DNA from: Candidatus Altimarinus sp.
Lineage (GTDB): Bacteria > Patescibacteriota > Gracilibacteria > BD1-5 > UBA6164
Assembly: GCA_020724225.1 (NCBI GenBank)
Contig: DYHI01000003.1
Span: 1,103 to 65,102 of the forward strand
Direction: 5' to 3'
Length of the DNA stretch: 64,000 nt
Of this stretch, positions 22,940 through 33,581 are shown piece by piece. The notes beneath the pieces were generated by a model that was not told the DNA's origin, did not search any database, and saw only the letters and a program-made list of their open reading frames with translations. The position numbers were made by a program, and so were the translations under genes. Numbering within the stretch: position 1 is the stretch's first letter; each line of letters opens with the position of its first letter.

Positions 22940-24586
22940 TTAAACTAAATTCTTATAAATATTTTCTACATATGAATCTACATTTTTTCATTTTAATGCT
23001 CTTTCAAAATGAAATTCGTATTTTTTATAAACTAAGTCATTGTTTAAGAAATTACTTCAAAGACAAGTCCAAAATCTATAAGCACATTTTGAGTTTAATT
23101 TATGCCAAAAATTTGAATATAGTTCTTGTTTCCCATTATAAAAATCTTCTAAATCATTTGCATAATAATCTTCATCGTAAATAGGTGTTAGTGCATAGTT
23201 GTTAGTATTTAGATTATATCAAACTACATTGTCATCCTCGTGCTTGACACGGGGATCTATTAAATTGTTAGAGTCATTTTTATAGATTCCTGCATCCGCA
23301 GGAATTACAATTAGTTCTTCAAACTTTGTACTACCAAAACCATAGCTATAAAATTTCTCTATATATTTTCAATTATTTCAATAAATCACTTTTACAACAT
23401 AATCTCTCTTTTTTTCTAAAAGTATGTTTTTCATACTGTCTTCTAAGTTTGTTATTTGATATGGAAGAAATCTATTATTTAGTAAATCGAGTATTATTTC
23501 TTCTTGTCTTTTTTCATCTCTTTTTTCATCATTTAGTGGTCAATTTACATAATATCTTTTAAATTTTGCATCTAGATTTGTAGGAGATTTTACAAAGTTT
23601 AAATTGTTCAAATAATTTATTTTTCATAGTTTATTAAATTTTGCATTTTTTATTTCATAACTCACTCAAGCTTCAAAATGAGTAATAGGGAAGTGTTTAC
23701 CATATCTTTGCATCGTACTTTTTTCTATACTTACAACTTCATCTAGTCATAGTATATGTACCTTTGAAGCTTCACTATCTAACTTTGATGGATATCAAAT
23801 TCATTGTCATATAAAAGCCTTACAAAAATTTTTTGATTTTGAGTAATCAACATAGTCCACCATTCATTCTTCAAATTTAACATAGTTCCATTCTATTTCT
23901 TCTTTTCTTGTTTTTATATACTCAGATGCAAATTTTTTCCTTTTATTTACATCTTCTATATCAAGTAATTTTATATTTCACTCTAGCTCATTTCTAGTTG
24001 CCATATACAAAACTGTTTCGTATTTTTTTGAAGAAAACATATCAAATATATAATTATTTGAATTATCAATTTCGCTTGGCAAAGTATCTACTTCTGCATA
24101 AACTATTTCTTTGTCTGAGTATACAAAAAGTGTCATTACATCATCCTCATTCGTCAAATAATCATTTTCAAAAACTAATCACTTAATTTTTATTCATTTA
24201 ATAGCTATTTCTTCCTTATTTCTTAGGATTTTATAAGTAAATTTTGGTAAATATTTATCCAAAAGGGGAGTCAAGAACTTAATTGTCTCAGGAATCAGTA
24301 AAATTGGTAAATTATTTAAATTTTTATACATTTCGCTTAAAGTATAGGGATCAAAATGATCACAATGTGAATGACTTATGAAAATAGCATCAATTTCTCA
24401 AAGTTTATCATAATCAATAGTTAATGTCGGATTTCTAGCCATCAAATCTCAAAAGGCATAATTTGTAAGCCATGCATCAGACATTATTTTTACAGGTTTT
24501 CAGTCTGCATTTTCTATATTTATCAGAAATTCTGAGTGTCAAAGGTAGTCGATTTGCATATGTGAGGGGTATTAAAAATATCGTCA
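22940..24586 (-). CDS. Metallo-beta-lactamase-fold hydrolase with a C-terminal extension and an in-frame repeat insertion
   Basis: LPGHSEFLI and ISHSHCDHFD (HxHxDH). 548 aa. The only in-frame ATG (24586) lies inside a repeat copy. The ATG at 24558 is in a dead frame. Confidence 0.75.
23231..23308 (-). repeat. Palindromic modular element, in frame and in sense in the MBL-fold gene
   Basis: Reverse complement reads gtaattcctgcggatgcaggaatctat...atagatccccgtgtcaagcacgaggatgac. Encodes VIPADAGIYKNDSNNLIDPRVKHEDDN. Confidence 0.9.
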
Positions 24587-24608
24587 TTCCTGCGGATGCA
24601 GGAATCTA
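24582..24608 (+). repeat. Single hairpin module overlapping the 5' end of the MBL-fold gene
   Basis: gtcattcctgcggatgcaggaatctat. On the minus strand its GGAATGAC supplies the ATG at 24586. Confidence 0.85.
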
Positions 24609-24734
24609 TAAAAAGTAATTAAATCTTTATGTATTTTATAGATTTTTTTAAAAAAAGAAAATAAAAATATCCTATTTTTTGCTTTTAAAACTAATATATA
24701 GTACAATAATATAAATTAATTACTTAAAAGATAT

Positions 24735-24965
24735 ATGTTTTTAAGATTTTACAAAAGAAAAGAAATTCCTTTATGGAAAAAATATGCTGACTCTATTTTA
24801 GTAGCTATTTGATTAATATTTATCTGGAAAGGTATTTGGAATATAGCAGATCAGATTTTTGGTTTTATATGAAATATTTGGATTGAAAATATTGTTTCTT
24901 TTATAGTTTGAGTTAGTATTTTAGTCCTTACTGACAGATTTGTGGAACAATTTATTGATGATTAA
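24735..24965 (+). CDS. Small membrane protein (76 aa)
   Basis: MFLRFYKRKEIPLWKKYADSILVAIGLIFIWKGIWNIADQIFGF... with two hydrophobic helices. Confidence 0.55.
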
Positions 24966-24987
24966 TATAATATTTAACATAATTATT

Positions 24988-25248
24988 ATGAAAGAATTAG
25001 ATAAAAAAATAATAGAATTATTTAGAGTCATTTACGATTTAGATGAAAAAGATATAAATGATTTACAAAAAACAATAAAAGACTTAAGCGATGATGAAAA
25101 AAAGTCTACTATAATTGCATTGTACAAAAGGTATGAATCAAGAATAATTAATTCAAAACATCTTGTAGAAAAACTTCAAACTATAAAAAATAATACAGAT
25201 GAATTTTTGGATGAAATAAATTCAAAAGATATAAAATTTAATTTTTAA
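24988..25248 (+). CDS. Hypothetical small protein (86 aa)
   Basis: MKELDKKIIELFRV... from track ORF 24940-25248. The internal ATG is preferred. Charged and helical. Confidence 0.5.
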   Translation: MKELDKKIIELFRVIYDLDEKDINDLQKTIKDLSDDEKKSTIIALYKRYESRIINSKHLVEKLQTIKNNTDEFLDEINSKDIKFNF

Positions 25249-25724
25249 TGATAATTTTTATGTGATATGTGGACATAGTTAGAAATACTGATTGAGTAGA
25301 TAGTTTCAAAATAAAACATGAAAATGTTACTAACCTAAGTTATGATTTATTCATAAGCAAATTATGAAGATCACTAGATGAATTTAATAAAAATATCTCA
25401 AAAGCAAAATGATTAACTGATTCGTTTAAGTGACTTTTTTGAGCTGATAAAGATTTTTGAACAAAAAAAGAAAAAAATTGAAATATAATATTATCAAAAG
25501 AAGATAAATACTTACAAGAAGTAGCTTTACCAAAAATAAATTCAGTTATTCTAGAATATGCTAAACAATGAAAAATTGAAGAACAAGAATTTAAAGAAGA
25601 ATTAACAAAAATATCTTCTGACTTTATAGGATTTATGGAAGGGAAGACACCAAAAAGCAATCCATTAGCTGATTATTATTGATGAAAAAATACAAAAAGG
25701 AGAATAGATGCAGCTTGATTATAA
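25248..25724 (+). CDS. Hypothetical protein (158 aa)
   Basis: Its ATG overlaps the preceding TAA (taATG). The frame is open with TGA=Gly to TAA at 25722. Confidence 0.5.
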
Positions 25725-25739
25725 ATTCAAAAAATATTT

Positions 25740-26237
25740 ATGACAAATATATCAGAAAGATTAAACAATACACTTACAAGCTTATTTATAGAAGATCAAT
25801 CTTGAGCATTGGAAGCAAGATTATTTGATTATGAAAGAGAAAAACAAAAAAATTGAAAAACAAAAGTTTCATTAGAAAAATTAAGAATAGATTTAGAAAG
25901 AAAACAAAAAGAAATTATTGATTTTGCTATTGATTTTGACCCTAGTCTTGAAAATATATGAATTAACCAGGAATACATTTGGAAATCAATAAAAATTAAT
26001 TCTGTAAATAAATATATATTAACATGATTAATTAAACAATTAATGCCATTTATGATAAAAGAAGAAATAGATAGATTTTATAAATTGTCCGAATTTCAAA
26101 TATATTTAACATTTTACAGAAAAGAAAAAAATTGACCTATACTAATCAAAAAAGTTGAATTAGTTGATTTAAATAAAAATAATGATAAAGAAAATTCGAA
26201 AAAATGATGAAATGATTACTTTATAGAAATTTCTTAG
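25740..26237 (+). CDS. Hypothetical protein (165 aa)
   Basis: MTNISERLNNTLTSLFIEDQSGALEARLFDYE... ends at TAG 26235. Confidence 0.5.
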
Positions 26238-26382
26238 ATTATACTAAGATTTTTTTATAATAAAAATACTTTTATAATAGTCAAGTAAAAACAATAACAA
26301 AATAACATATATTATTTGACTAAAAACTTTCATAGGTATATCATTATAGATGGTTCCAATTTATTTTTTAACTACAAAAAAT

Positions 26383-26688
26383 ATGGAAACAAAAACAAAT
26401 TTATGATTATCTAATAATGAAAGTGCTGATTTACTAAAAAAAGCTATGTTATATGATGTAAATCAAAGGCATATTGAACTACCACCAGAAGCAAATGCTT
26501 TTGCAAATAGCGAAAGAACTGATCTTGCAATAGTACAATTTTCTGAAATTATATTAAGTAAATTAGATCCAAAATCTAAACTATATGATTATCTGGCAAA
26601 TAATTCATCTTTTAATGTAAAACATCATCCAATTATTGCTAAAGCATTAAGGAATATAAATCTTAGTACTCAAAAAATTCTACATTAA
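26383..26688 (+). CDS. Hypothetical protein (101 aa)
   Basis: METKTNLGLSNNESADLLKKAMLYDVNQRH... extends track ORF 26446-26688 upstream through one TGA. Confidence 0.5.
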
Positions 26689-26710
26689 TTTCATTTTAAA
26701 TAATCTAAAT

Positions 26711-26750
26711 AAAACTTAAATTTAAAAATTAATTTAAGTTTTATTTTTTT
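26711..26750 (+). terminator. Rho-independent terminator of the small-ORF cluster
   Basis: aaaacttaaatt-N8-aatttaagtttt followed by attttttt. Confidence 0.75.
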
Positions 26751-27064
26751 ACAAAATTTAGCACTTAGGGAAGTAATTACAAAAATCTAAATTAATTAAC
26801 ATAATAACAGTTATGGATTTATTCTTAGCTATAATAAGCCATTATACTATAAAATCATAATTCAGAAATCAGTTAAAAATAAACCTCGAAAAAGTTTTTA
26901 TTTAAACTTTATTTGTGAAAATAGAAAAATCAAAAACATTATCAATAATTAAATCAGAAAAATCCAAAGTAGGGTATAAAATTAGATACTTAAAGTACTT
27001 CACATAATGTTTCTTATGTGAATATATATTTTATAAAAATAAAAGATAGTGCTAATACTACCTT

Positions 27065-27613
27065 TTAATCATAAACAACTAAATCCATTGGTATATCATG
27101 TTTTTCAACTGGAAGTTTATCATCTGATAATACCTGAACTCAGAAACAAATTCAAATTTTAAAGATATCATTATTTTTTGATAAAAATTGATCATAATAT
27201 CCTCATCATTTTCAAACTCTTTTTCAACTTAAAGAAAATGCTAGTCAAGGTATAATTGCTACATCTATTTTTCCCTTATATAAATCACTTTCTTTAGGTT
27301 CCAGTATACCAAACTTTCAATGTACTAATTTGCATTTTTGTTTAAATTTAACTATTTCCATTTTATTTCATACAACTCTTGGAACTACAACATTTTTTCA
27401 CTTTTCTATAAAATGATTAATTAAATCAAAAGTTTGAACTTCGTCTTTTAAAGATACATAAATAAATATTGTATCAGCTTTTTTTATTTCTTTTAAATCT
27501 AATAATTTGTGATAGATTTTTTTTGATTTTTCTTCTATCACTGTAAAATCCATAGAATTTAATTGTTCTCTAACTAAAAACCTTATTTTAGTTTTTTGAA
27601 AATTATGTAACAT
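27065..27613 (-). CDS. 5-formyltetrahydrofolate cyclo-ligase
   Basis: 182 aa. ...VVVPRV...GILEP...AIIPGLAFS..G.RVGKGGGYYDQF motif pattern. Confidence 0.8.
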
Positions 27614-27616
27614 ATT

Positions 27617-28666
27617 TTAATCTAATTTTATTAAATTTAATGATTTTAAGTTTTCATTATAAGTTTGTTCTGAAATTATTTTTCTATCAAATAATATTTC
27701 TAAATACTTATTCATAGTAATCATACCATCTTGACTTCAAGTTTCAATTGCACTATTAATTTGATGCGTACTTCATTTTCTTATCATATTTGCTATAGAT
27801 ATATTATTTACAAGTATTTCTATTGCAGGCACTCTTCCCTTTCCATCTGCTTTTTTTATAAGGTCTTGCCAAACAACTCATACAAGTGATTCACTTAATT
27901 GTTGTCTGATTTGATCTCTTTCATCTGCTGGAAACATATCTATTACCCTAGCTACTGTTCTAGCGGCACCAGAAGTATGAAGTGTTGCAAAAACTAAGTT
28001 TCAAGTCTCGGCAGCACGAAGAGCTAGTCTAAAAGTCTCTAAATCCCTCATTTCTCAAACCATAATAACATCTGGAGCTTGTCTAAGAGCATATTTTAAT
28101 CAATTATCAAAAGTTAATGTATTTACTCAAACTTCTCTTTGTTCCACTAATGATTTTTCACTTTGAAATACAAACTCTATAGGATCTTCTACTGTTATTA
28201 TATGTTTTTGTCTAGTTTTGTTTATATGATTTATAAGTGAAGCTAAAGTTGTACTTTTTCATGTACCTACAGCTCAAGTAACCAAAACCAAACCATTTTT
28301 TCTATTTGCAAAATTTAATATTTGAGCTGGTAAACCAAGTTTCTCAAAATTTGGTAATTCTGATTTTATAGGTCTAAAAACCAATCAATATCAATTTTTT
28401 TGACTAAATGCATTAACCCTAAATCTAGAATATCATTTTAAATCAATTGAAAAATCAAGTTCCATATTTGATTTAAATTTTTCTTTTTGAGTAGTAGACA
28501 TTATAGAAAGGATTTCATTTTCAAAGATATCTTTTTCTATAATTGGATAAGTGTTTAGATAAAAAACTTCACCATAAATTTTTAAACTAGGATAACTTCA
28601 TGTTGTGATAATTATATCAGATGCATCTTTTTCAAGAGCTTCTATAAGTATTTGTGAGATTAGCAT
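27617..28666 (-). CDS. Second PilT/PilU-family pilus retraction ATPase
   Basis: [27 protein letters not shown]. 349 aa. Confidence 0.88.
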
Positions 28667-28863
28667 ATAATAAAGTTAAATATATTACTTAAATTTTACC
28701 ACATAATCACAAATAAAACAAAAATTTTGACTAAAAATCATTTATAAATACAATACCTTTAATATTTTTTAAAAAGCACACTATGAGGCTAGCACTACTT
28801 GAAACCGTTTTAACTAACTTCTTCTACCATAAGTAGTTCTATTTTCTTTGTGCAATTTAAAAG

Positions 28864-28900
28864 AAAATCTTCTACTTAAAAGTAGAAGATTTTTTATTTT
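28864..28900 (+). promoter_or_regulatory. Terminator-like hairpin in the thrS leader (possible attenuator)
   Basis: aaaatcttctact-taaa-agtagaagatttt plus a T tract, 40 nt upstream of the thrS ATG. The 5' arm cttctac is duplicated at 28821-28827. Confidence 0.5.
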
Positions 28901-28940
28901 TAAACTTATAACTACCTATTATCCACTAACAACTAATTTT

Positions 28941-30701
28941 ATGAACATCGAAACAAAAAGACACTCTCTAGCACACATAATGGCACAAGCAGTAAAAGAA
29001 ATGTACCCAAATGCAAAAATGGCTATTGGACCAGATATAGATAACTGATTTTATTATGATTTTGATTTTTGAAATGATGAATTTAAAGAAGAAAATCTGA
29101 AAGATTTAGAAAAAAAGATGAAAAAAATTATTTCTCAAAACCAAAAATTTGAACAATATGATTTTCCATACGATGAAGCTGTTAAATTTTTGAAAGAAAA
29201 GTGAGAAGATTACAAAATAGAAATGGCTACAGAGCTGAAAAATAAATGAATAGAAAATATAAGTTTCTACAAAAACATTATGCAAAACTGAAATGAAAGT
29301 TTTGTAGATATGTGTTCATGACCTCACGTAGATAATACAAATAAAATAGATGCAAATGCTTTTACTCTTGATAAAATAGCCTGAGCTTACTGGAAATGAG
29401 ATTCAAACAATAAAATGTTAACTAGAATTTATGCATTTGCGTTTGATACAAAAGAAGAATTAGATAATCACATAAAAATGATTGAAGAAGCTAAAAGAAG
29501 AGATCATAGAGTTATTTGAGAAAAACTTAAGCTTTTTACTATTTCAAAACTTGTTTGAGCTTGACTTCCCCTTATACAACCAAATTGAATGATTATAAGA
29601 AAAGAAGTAGAAGATTATTTATGGGATTTACATAAAGGTAAATGATATTCTAGAGTTTGGACTCCACACTTAGCAAAAGAAGATTTATACAAAACATCAG
29701 GTCATGCGGAAAAATTTGGTGATGAGATATTTAAAGTACAAGGGCTTGATGACAATTTCTTCTTAAAGCCTATGAATTGTCCTCATCATATGCAAATATT
29801 TGCTGACAATTTTTTCTCTTACCGCGATATGCCAATCAGATATTTTGAACCAGCAACAGTTTATAGAGATGAAAAAACAGGACAATTATCAGGACTTACA
29901 AGAGTTAGATCTATAACTCAAGATGATTGACATCTTTTCTGTAGAGTAAATCAAATATCCGATGAGGTATGAGTAATAGTTTCTATTATAAAAGAATTTT
30001 ACTGAACAATGGGGATGCTTGACTGATATTGGGTTAGATTATCTATAAGATGACCCGAGTGAAAATACTTATGAGGAGATGATGTATGGAAAAAAGCAGA
30101 ATGAGCACTTAGAAGTGCAGCAGAAAAATATGAACTTCCTTACAAAGTTTGAATCTGAGAAGCAGCATTTTACTGACCAAAACTAGACTTTATGTTTAAA
30201 GATGCAATTGGTAGAGAATGGCAACTTGCTACAATACAATGTGATTTCAATCTACCAGAAAGATTTGATTTAAGTTATATAAACGAACAAAATGAAAAAG
30301 AAAGACCAGTAGTTATTCATAGAGCTATTTCTTGAAGTTTGGAAAGATTTATGTGAGTTATGATAGAGCACTTTGCTTGAGTATTCCCTCTTTGGTTAGC
30401 TCCAAAACAAGTTATAATTGTTCCTGTTTCAGATAAATTTGATTCGTATGCAAAAAAAGTTGAAGATAGTTTTAAATCAGAATGAGTAAGAGTTAGTACA
30501 GATTATAGTTCAGATTGATTGAATAAAAAAGTAAGAAATGCAGAAAAAATGCATATAAACTATATACTTGTAGTTTGAGAACAAGAAGAGGCAAATAATA
30601 CTGTTTCAATAAGAAATTATAAAACAAAAGAACAAAAAGTAACTTCATTAAACGATTTTATAAAAGAAGTAGTTTCTGAAATAAATGAAAGAAAATTATA
30701 A
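28941..30701 (+). CDS. thrS: Threonine--tRNA ligase (lacks the N-terminal TGS domain)
   Basis: Starts [18 protein letters not shown]. Class II core [29 protein letters not shown]. 586 aa. Confidence 0.92.
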
Positions 30702-30717
30702 TGAGATTGAATACTAT

Positions 30718-30795
30718 GTTATTCCAGACTTTATCCAGAATCATTAAATATATTTTACCTTTTTATAATCCTAAATCACAAGTTCAGGATGAAAA
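30718..30795 (+). repeat. Palindromic modular element, strongly degenerate intergenic copy
   Basis: gttattccagactttatccagaatcat ... ataatcctaaatcacaagttcaggatgaaaa. Confidence 0.6.
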
Positions 30796-30832
30796 AATTT
30801 AAATATTTACTTTTTAATCTTTTTATCAATTT

Positions 30833-31522
30833 ATGAAAATATTTTTCCTAATATTAGTGCCAATATTTTTACTTACATCATGTTTTACAGATAAAAAAGA
30901 AGAAGTTAAAAATGAAACAATAAAAAAACATCTTGAAACTAAAGCTCTAGAAGAAAAAAATAAATTTGAAGAAACAAAAAAACGGGAAAAAGTTGAAGGA
31001 TTTACTTGATTTTTATGTTTTAGTGAAGAGTTAACTTGAACTTGATTTATAGAGAAAATTGAAACAAAAAATTGTAAAAATGAAACCTGAAAATGAGAAA
31101 TATATTTTAAACTAGAATGAGAGAATCTAGTTAAATACAACGAATTACAAGAAAAGGAATTTATAATAAAATATATTGAAAAAAAAGAAAAAGAATTTAT
31201 ATGAATTTCAATAAAAAAGGAAATAATTTGAAATTTTAAAAATGTTTTAGATAAACAATCATGCCTTCATAAACAAGAAAAAAAGAAAACAATATTAAAA
31301 GATGATGATAACATTGTGATTTATAGCATATCAGCATTTTGATATTACAAAAAAGAAGCAGATGATCATTTAAAAATAGATAATACAATACAAGTATGTG
31401 AATGATATTATCCAAGTTGAAAATTTATTGTATTTAATAAAAATAATCAGAAATGATTTCGGTCAATAAAAGAAGATAAACTAGTTAATATAGATACTTT
31501 AAAAGTAAAAACTAAAAAATAA
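30833..31522 (+). CDS. Lipoprotein, hypothetical (229 aa)
   Basis: MKIFFLILVPIFLLTSC lipobox followed by a Lys/Glu-rich region. Confidence 0.65.
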
Positions 31523-31538
31523 AATATTAAATATGAAA

Positions 31539-31576
31539 AATACTCTTTTATAAATTTGTAAAAGAGTATTTTTGTT
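31539..31576. terminator. Hairpin terminator (overlaps the apbE stop on the other strand)
   Basis: aatactctttta-taaattt-gtaaaagagtatt followed by tttgttt. Confidence 0.7.
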
Positions 31577-32519
31577 TAAAATTTTGGGTTAAAAATATAT
31601 TTTTATTACTTCAAAGAAGTATTCAATCAATTCAATTTTTTATCATGAATTCTTTTCATTTATCCATTCACATTGCAAAAATTGCTGTTGCAAGAGAATC
31701 ACTTATATAACATTTTGGAGCAATTATAGTTATCCCAACCAAAGATTTTTCATTTTCTCAAGTATTTGGATTAACTATATGATGATATTTTTTTCAATCA
31801 ATAGTCCAATGTCTTTTATATGATCACGAACTTGATATAGAAATATTTGTTAGCTTTATACTTCAAACATGTCATGAATTATAAGGATTTTCTACTCATA
31901 TTACCCATTTTTTTCATTCGTTATTAAATCATTTAATAAATATATCACCTCAAGCATTAACTAAAAAATTTTTATATCAAAATTCTTCAAGCTTTTTTGA
32001 AATTAAATCTACTAAATATCATTTTGCAATTCACCCAAAATCTAGATTTTGGTTATATTTTAACTTTAATTCATTTCAATTAATTATTACTTTTTCTAAA
32101 TCTAAGTTTTCTTCTTGTTTAACTATCTCAAAATTGTTATCATTAAAACTATTTGTATATCATATATTTTTCAAATTTAAAAGTGGATTGAAAAATCATT
32201 TTGTAAATCTATATATAAGTAAAGATTTATTAAATATATCCAAAAAAGTATCTGAAACTTCCAAAGTTTTTTCTAAATTTAATTTATTTAATGATGAATT
32301 ATTTATAAATCTAGAAAATTCATTTTCATATTGATCTATAAATTTCCACAAAAAAGAGATATTTTTATTTATTTCTATCTCTTTTTCTTCATCTTCAATG
32401 ATTACAACTTCAATTACTGTTCAAAGTTTTTTTCAACTAAAATTATATTTCACTAAAATTATATTTTTAAAATAATCTATATTATTCAGGTTTAGGTAAA
32501 CTTGCTCAAGTTGTCGCAT
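31548..32519 (-). CDS. apbE: FAD:protein FMN transferase (ApbE family), with no signal peptide in this frame
   Basis: FNPLL, LDFGGIAKGYLVD, NAGGDI, SSSGSYKRHW..YHHIVNPNTG, DSLATAIFAMG. ATG at 32519. 323 aa, checked codon by codon. Confidence 0.8.
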
Positions 32520-32790
32520 CTATGTATTTATTAGCCTCAACATTAGATTCTATTGCTTCCTCATTATTTTTTTCACCTAATTTATTGTTTTCTATTCAAT
32601 CATTACCTCATACAGATTCTTCTATTTTTTTACTTTCTTCAAGTTTAGAATTTTCTACTTCTACTCATAAGTTATTTTGTTCTTCTAAATCATTTGGAAT
32701 TTCATTTTCTATTTTTATTTCTTCAACTTCTTTATTTGTACATGAAACCAAAAATACAGATACTAATAATGCATAAAAAAATTTTTTCAT
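32482..32790 (-). CDS. Lipoprotein signal peptide plus acidic linker ORF (102 aa), overlapping apbE by 38 nt in another frame
   Basis: MKKFFYALLVSVFLVSC lipobox, then a Glu/Asn-rich tract. TAA at 32482-32484. Confidence 0.5.
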
Positions 32791-32883
32791 TTTATTAAAA
32801 AATAATGATATAAAATACAAAATAATATTACTAAATATACAATATTTTACAAATAAAAAATATATTTAAACTTTAAAATAAGT

Positions 32884-33456
32884 TTAAGAAAATATTTTTT
32901 TTATTGTGTCATATGTAAATCATTTTCTTAACAACCTCTCTATTATCTTATTTTTTTCATATTTTCATTTTATTTTTTCATATTCCAATCTAATATTTTC
33001 AAGTTCACTATCTGTTGAAAAAAATTCATCTAAATTTTGATTTATTATGTTTTTATCTTCATTTCTTTCAAATAATTTTTGAAAAATATAATTTCTACTT
33101 TTTCATTTATTTTTATAATCAATTATCTTTCTTTTTATGTAATCATTATTGAGTAAAGTTTCATCTAAATTAAACTTATTTTTCAAAATTTCTTCATAAT
33201 CTGATTTCTCAAATCATTTTTCAAAAAGTTTTGACTTGATATAAGATAAATTTTTATTTCTACCAATATAAAATCTGATTTTTGCTTCAATAACTTGTTT
33301 TTCAGCAATTATACTATCCATACTTTTTAAAACGGATAAAACTTGTTTTTCATCTCAAGAAGTTTTTTTCAAAAGTTTTTCACTTAGCTTTTTTACAGAT
33401 GGATAATATTTAAGATAATAATTTAAAGCATAATTTCTAAGGTATTCAAAATTCAT
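32884..33456 (-). CDS. recX: RecX-like regulatory protein
   Basis: 190 aa with repeated three-helix pattern (...KVLSVLKSMD..., ...RNKNLSYIKSKLFEKGF..., ...KGKSRNYIFQKLFERN...). The assignment is from the pattern only. Confidence 0.5.
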
Positions 33457-33581
33457 AATAGTATTTTAAAAAATACTTTTTTATTATATAAACTTTTCCA
33501 CTTTTAACAAGCCAATATTTTTGCAAAATTGGTATCAAAAAGATATAATAAAACCACTAAATTATTTTTTAAAATACTTTT

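Noticed and set aside
24556-24558. ATG at 24558 as the start of the MBL-fold gene.
   Set aside because: That frame reads MQIDYLDTQNFG and then TAA. The conserved GHSEF/HxHxDH frame is offset by one base and starts at 24586.
26751-27064. A gene or sRNA in the 315-nt gap after the small-ORF cluster (hairpin ttcacataa-N6-ttatgtgaa at 26997-27024).
   Set aside because: There is no ORF over 15 codons and no clear promoter/terminator pair. The evidence is insufficient to call a feature.
28750-28940. T-box riboswitch upstream of thrS.
   Set aside because: A terminator and a Thr codon in a loop are present. The conserved T-box sequence (…GGUGGUACCGCG-like) and Stem I motifs are not visible. It is kept only as an unclassified attenuator candidate.
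32434-32466. A 16/17-nt tandem duplication (c(a)actaaaattatattt x2) as the cause of the apbE frame break.
   Set aside because: After re-indexing, the duplication lies inside the intact ApbE frame (it encodes NIILVKYNFS), downstream of the ATG at 32519. The frame change must lie in 32482-32519.
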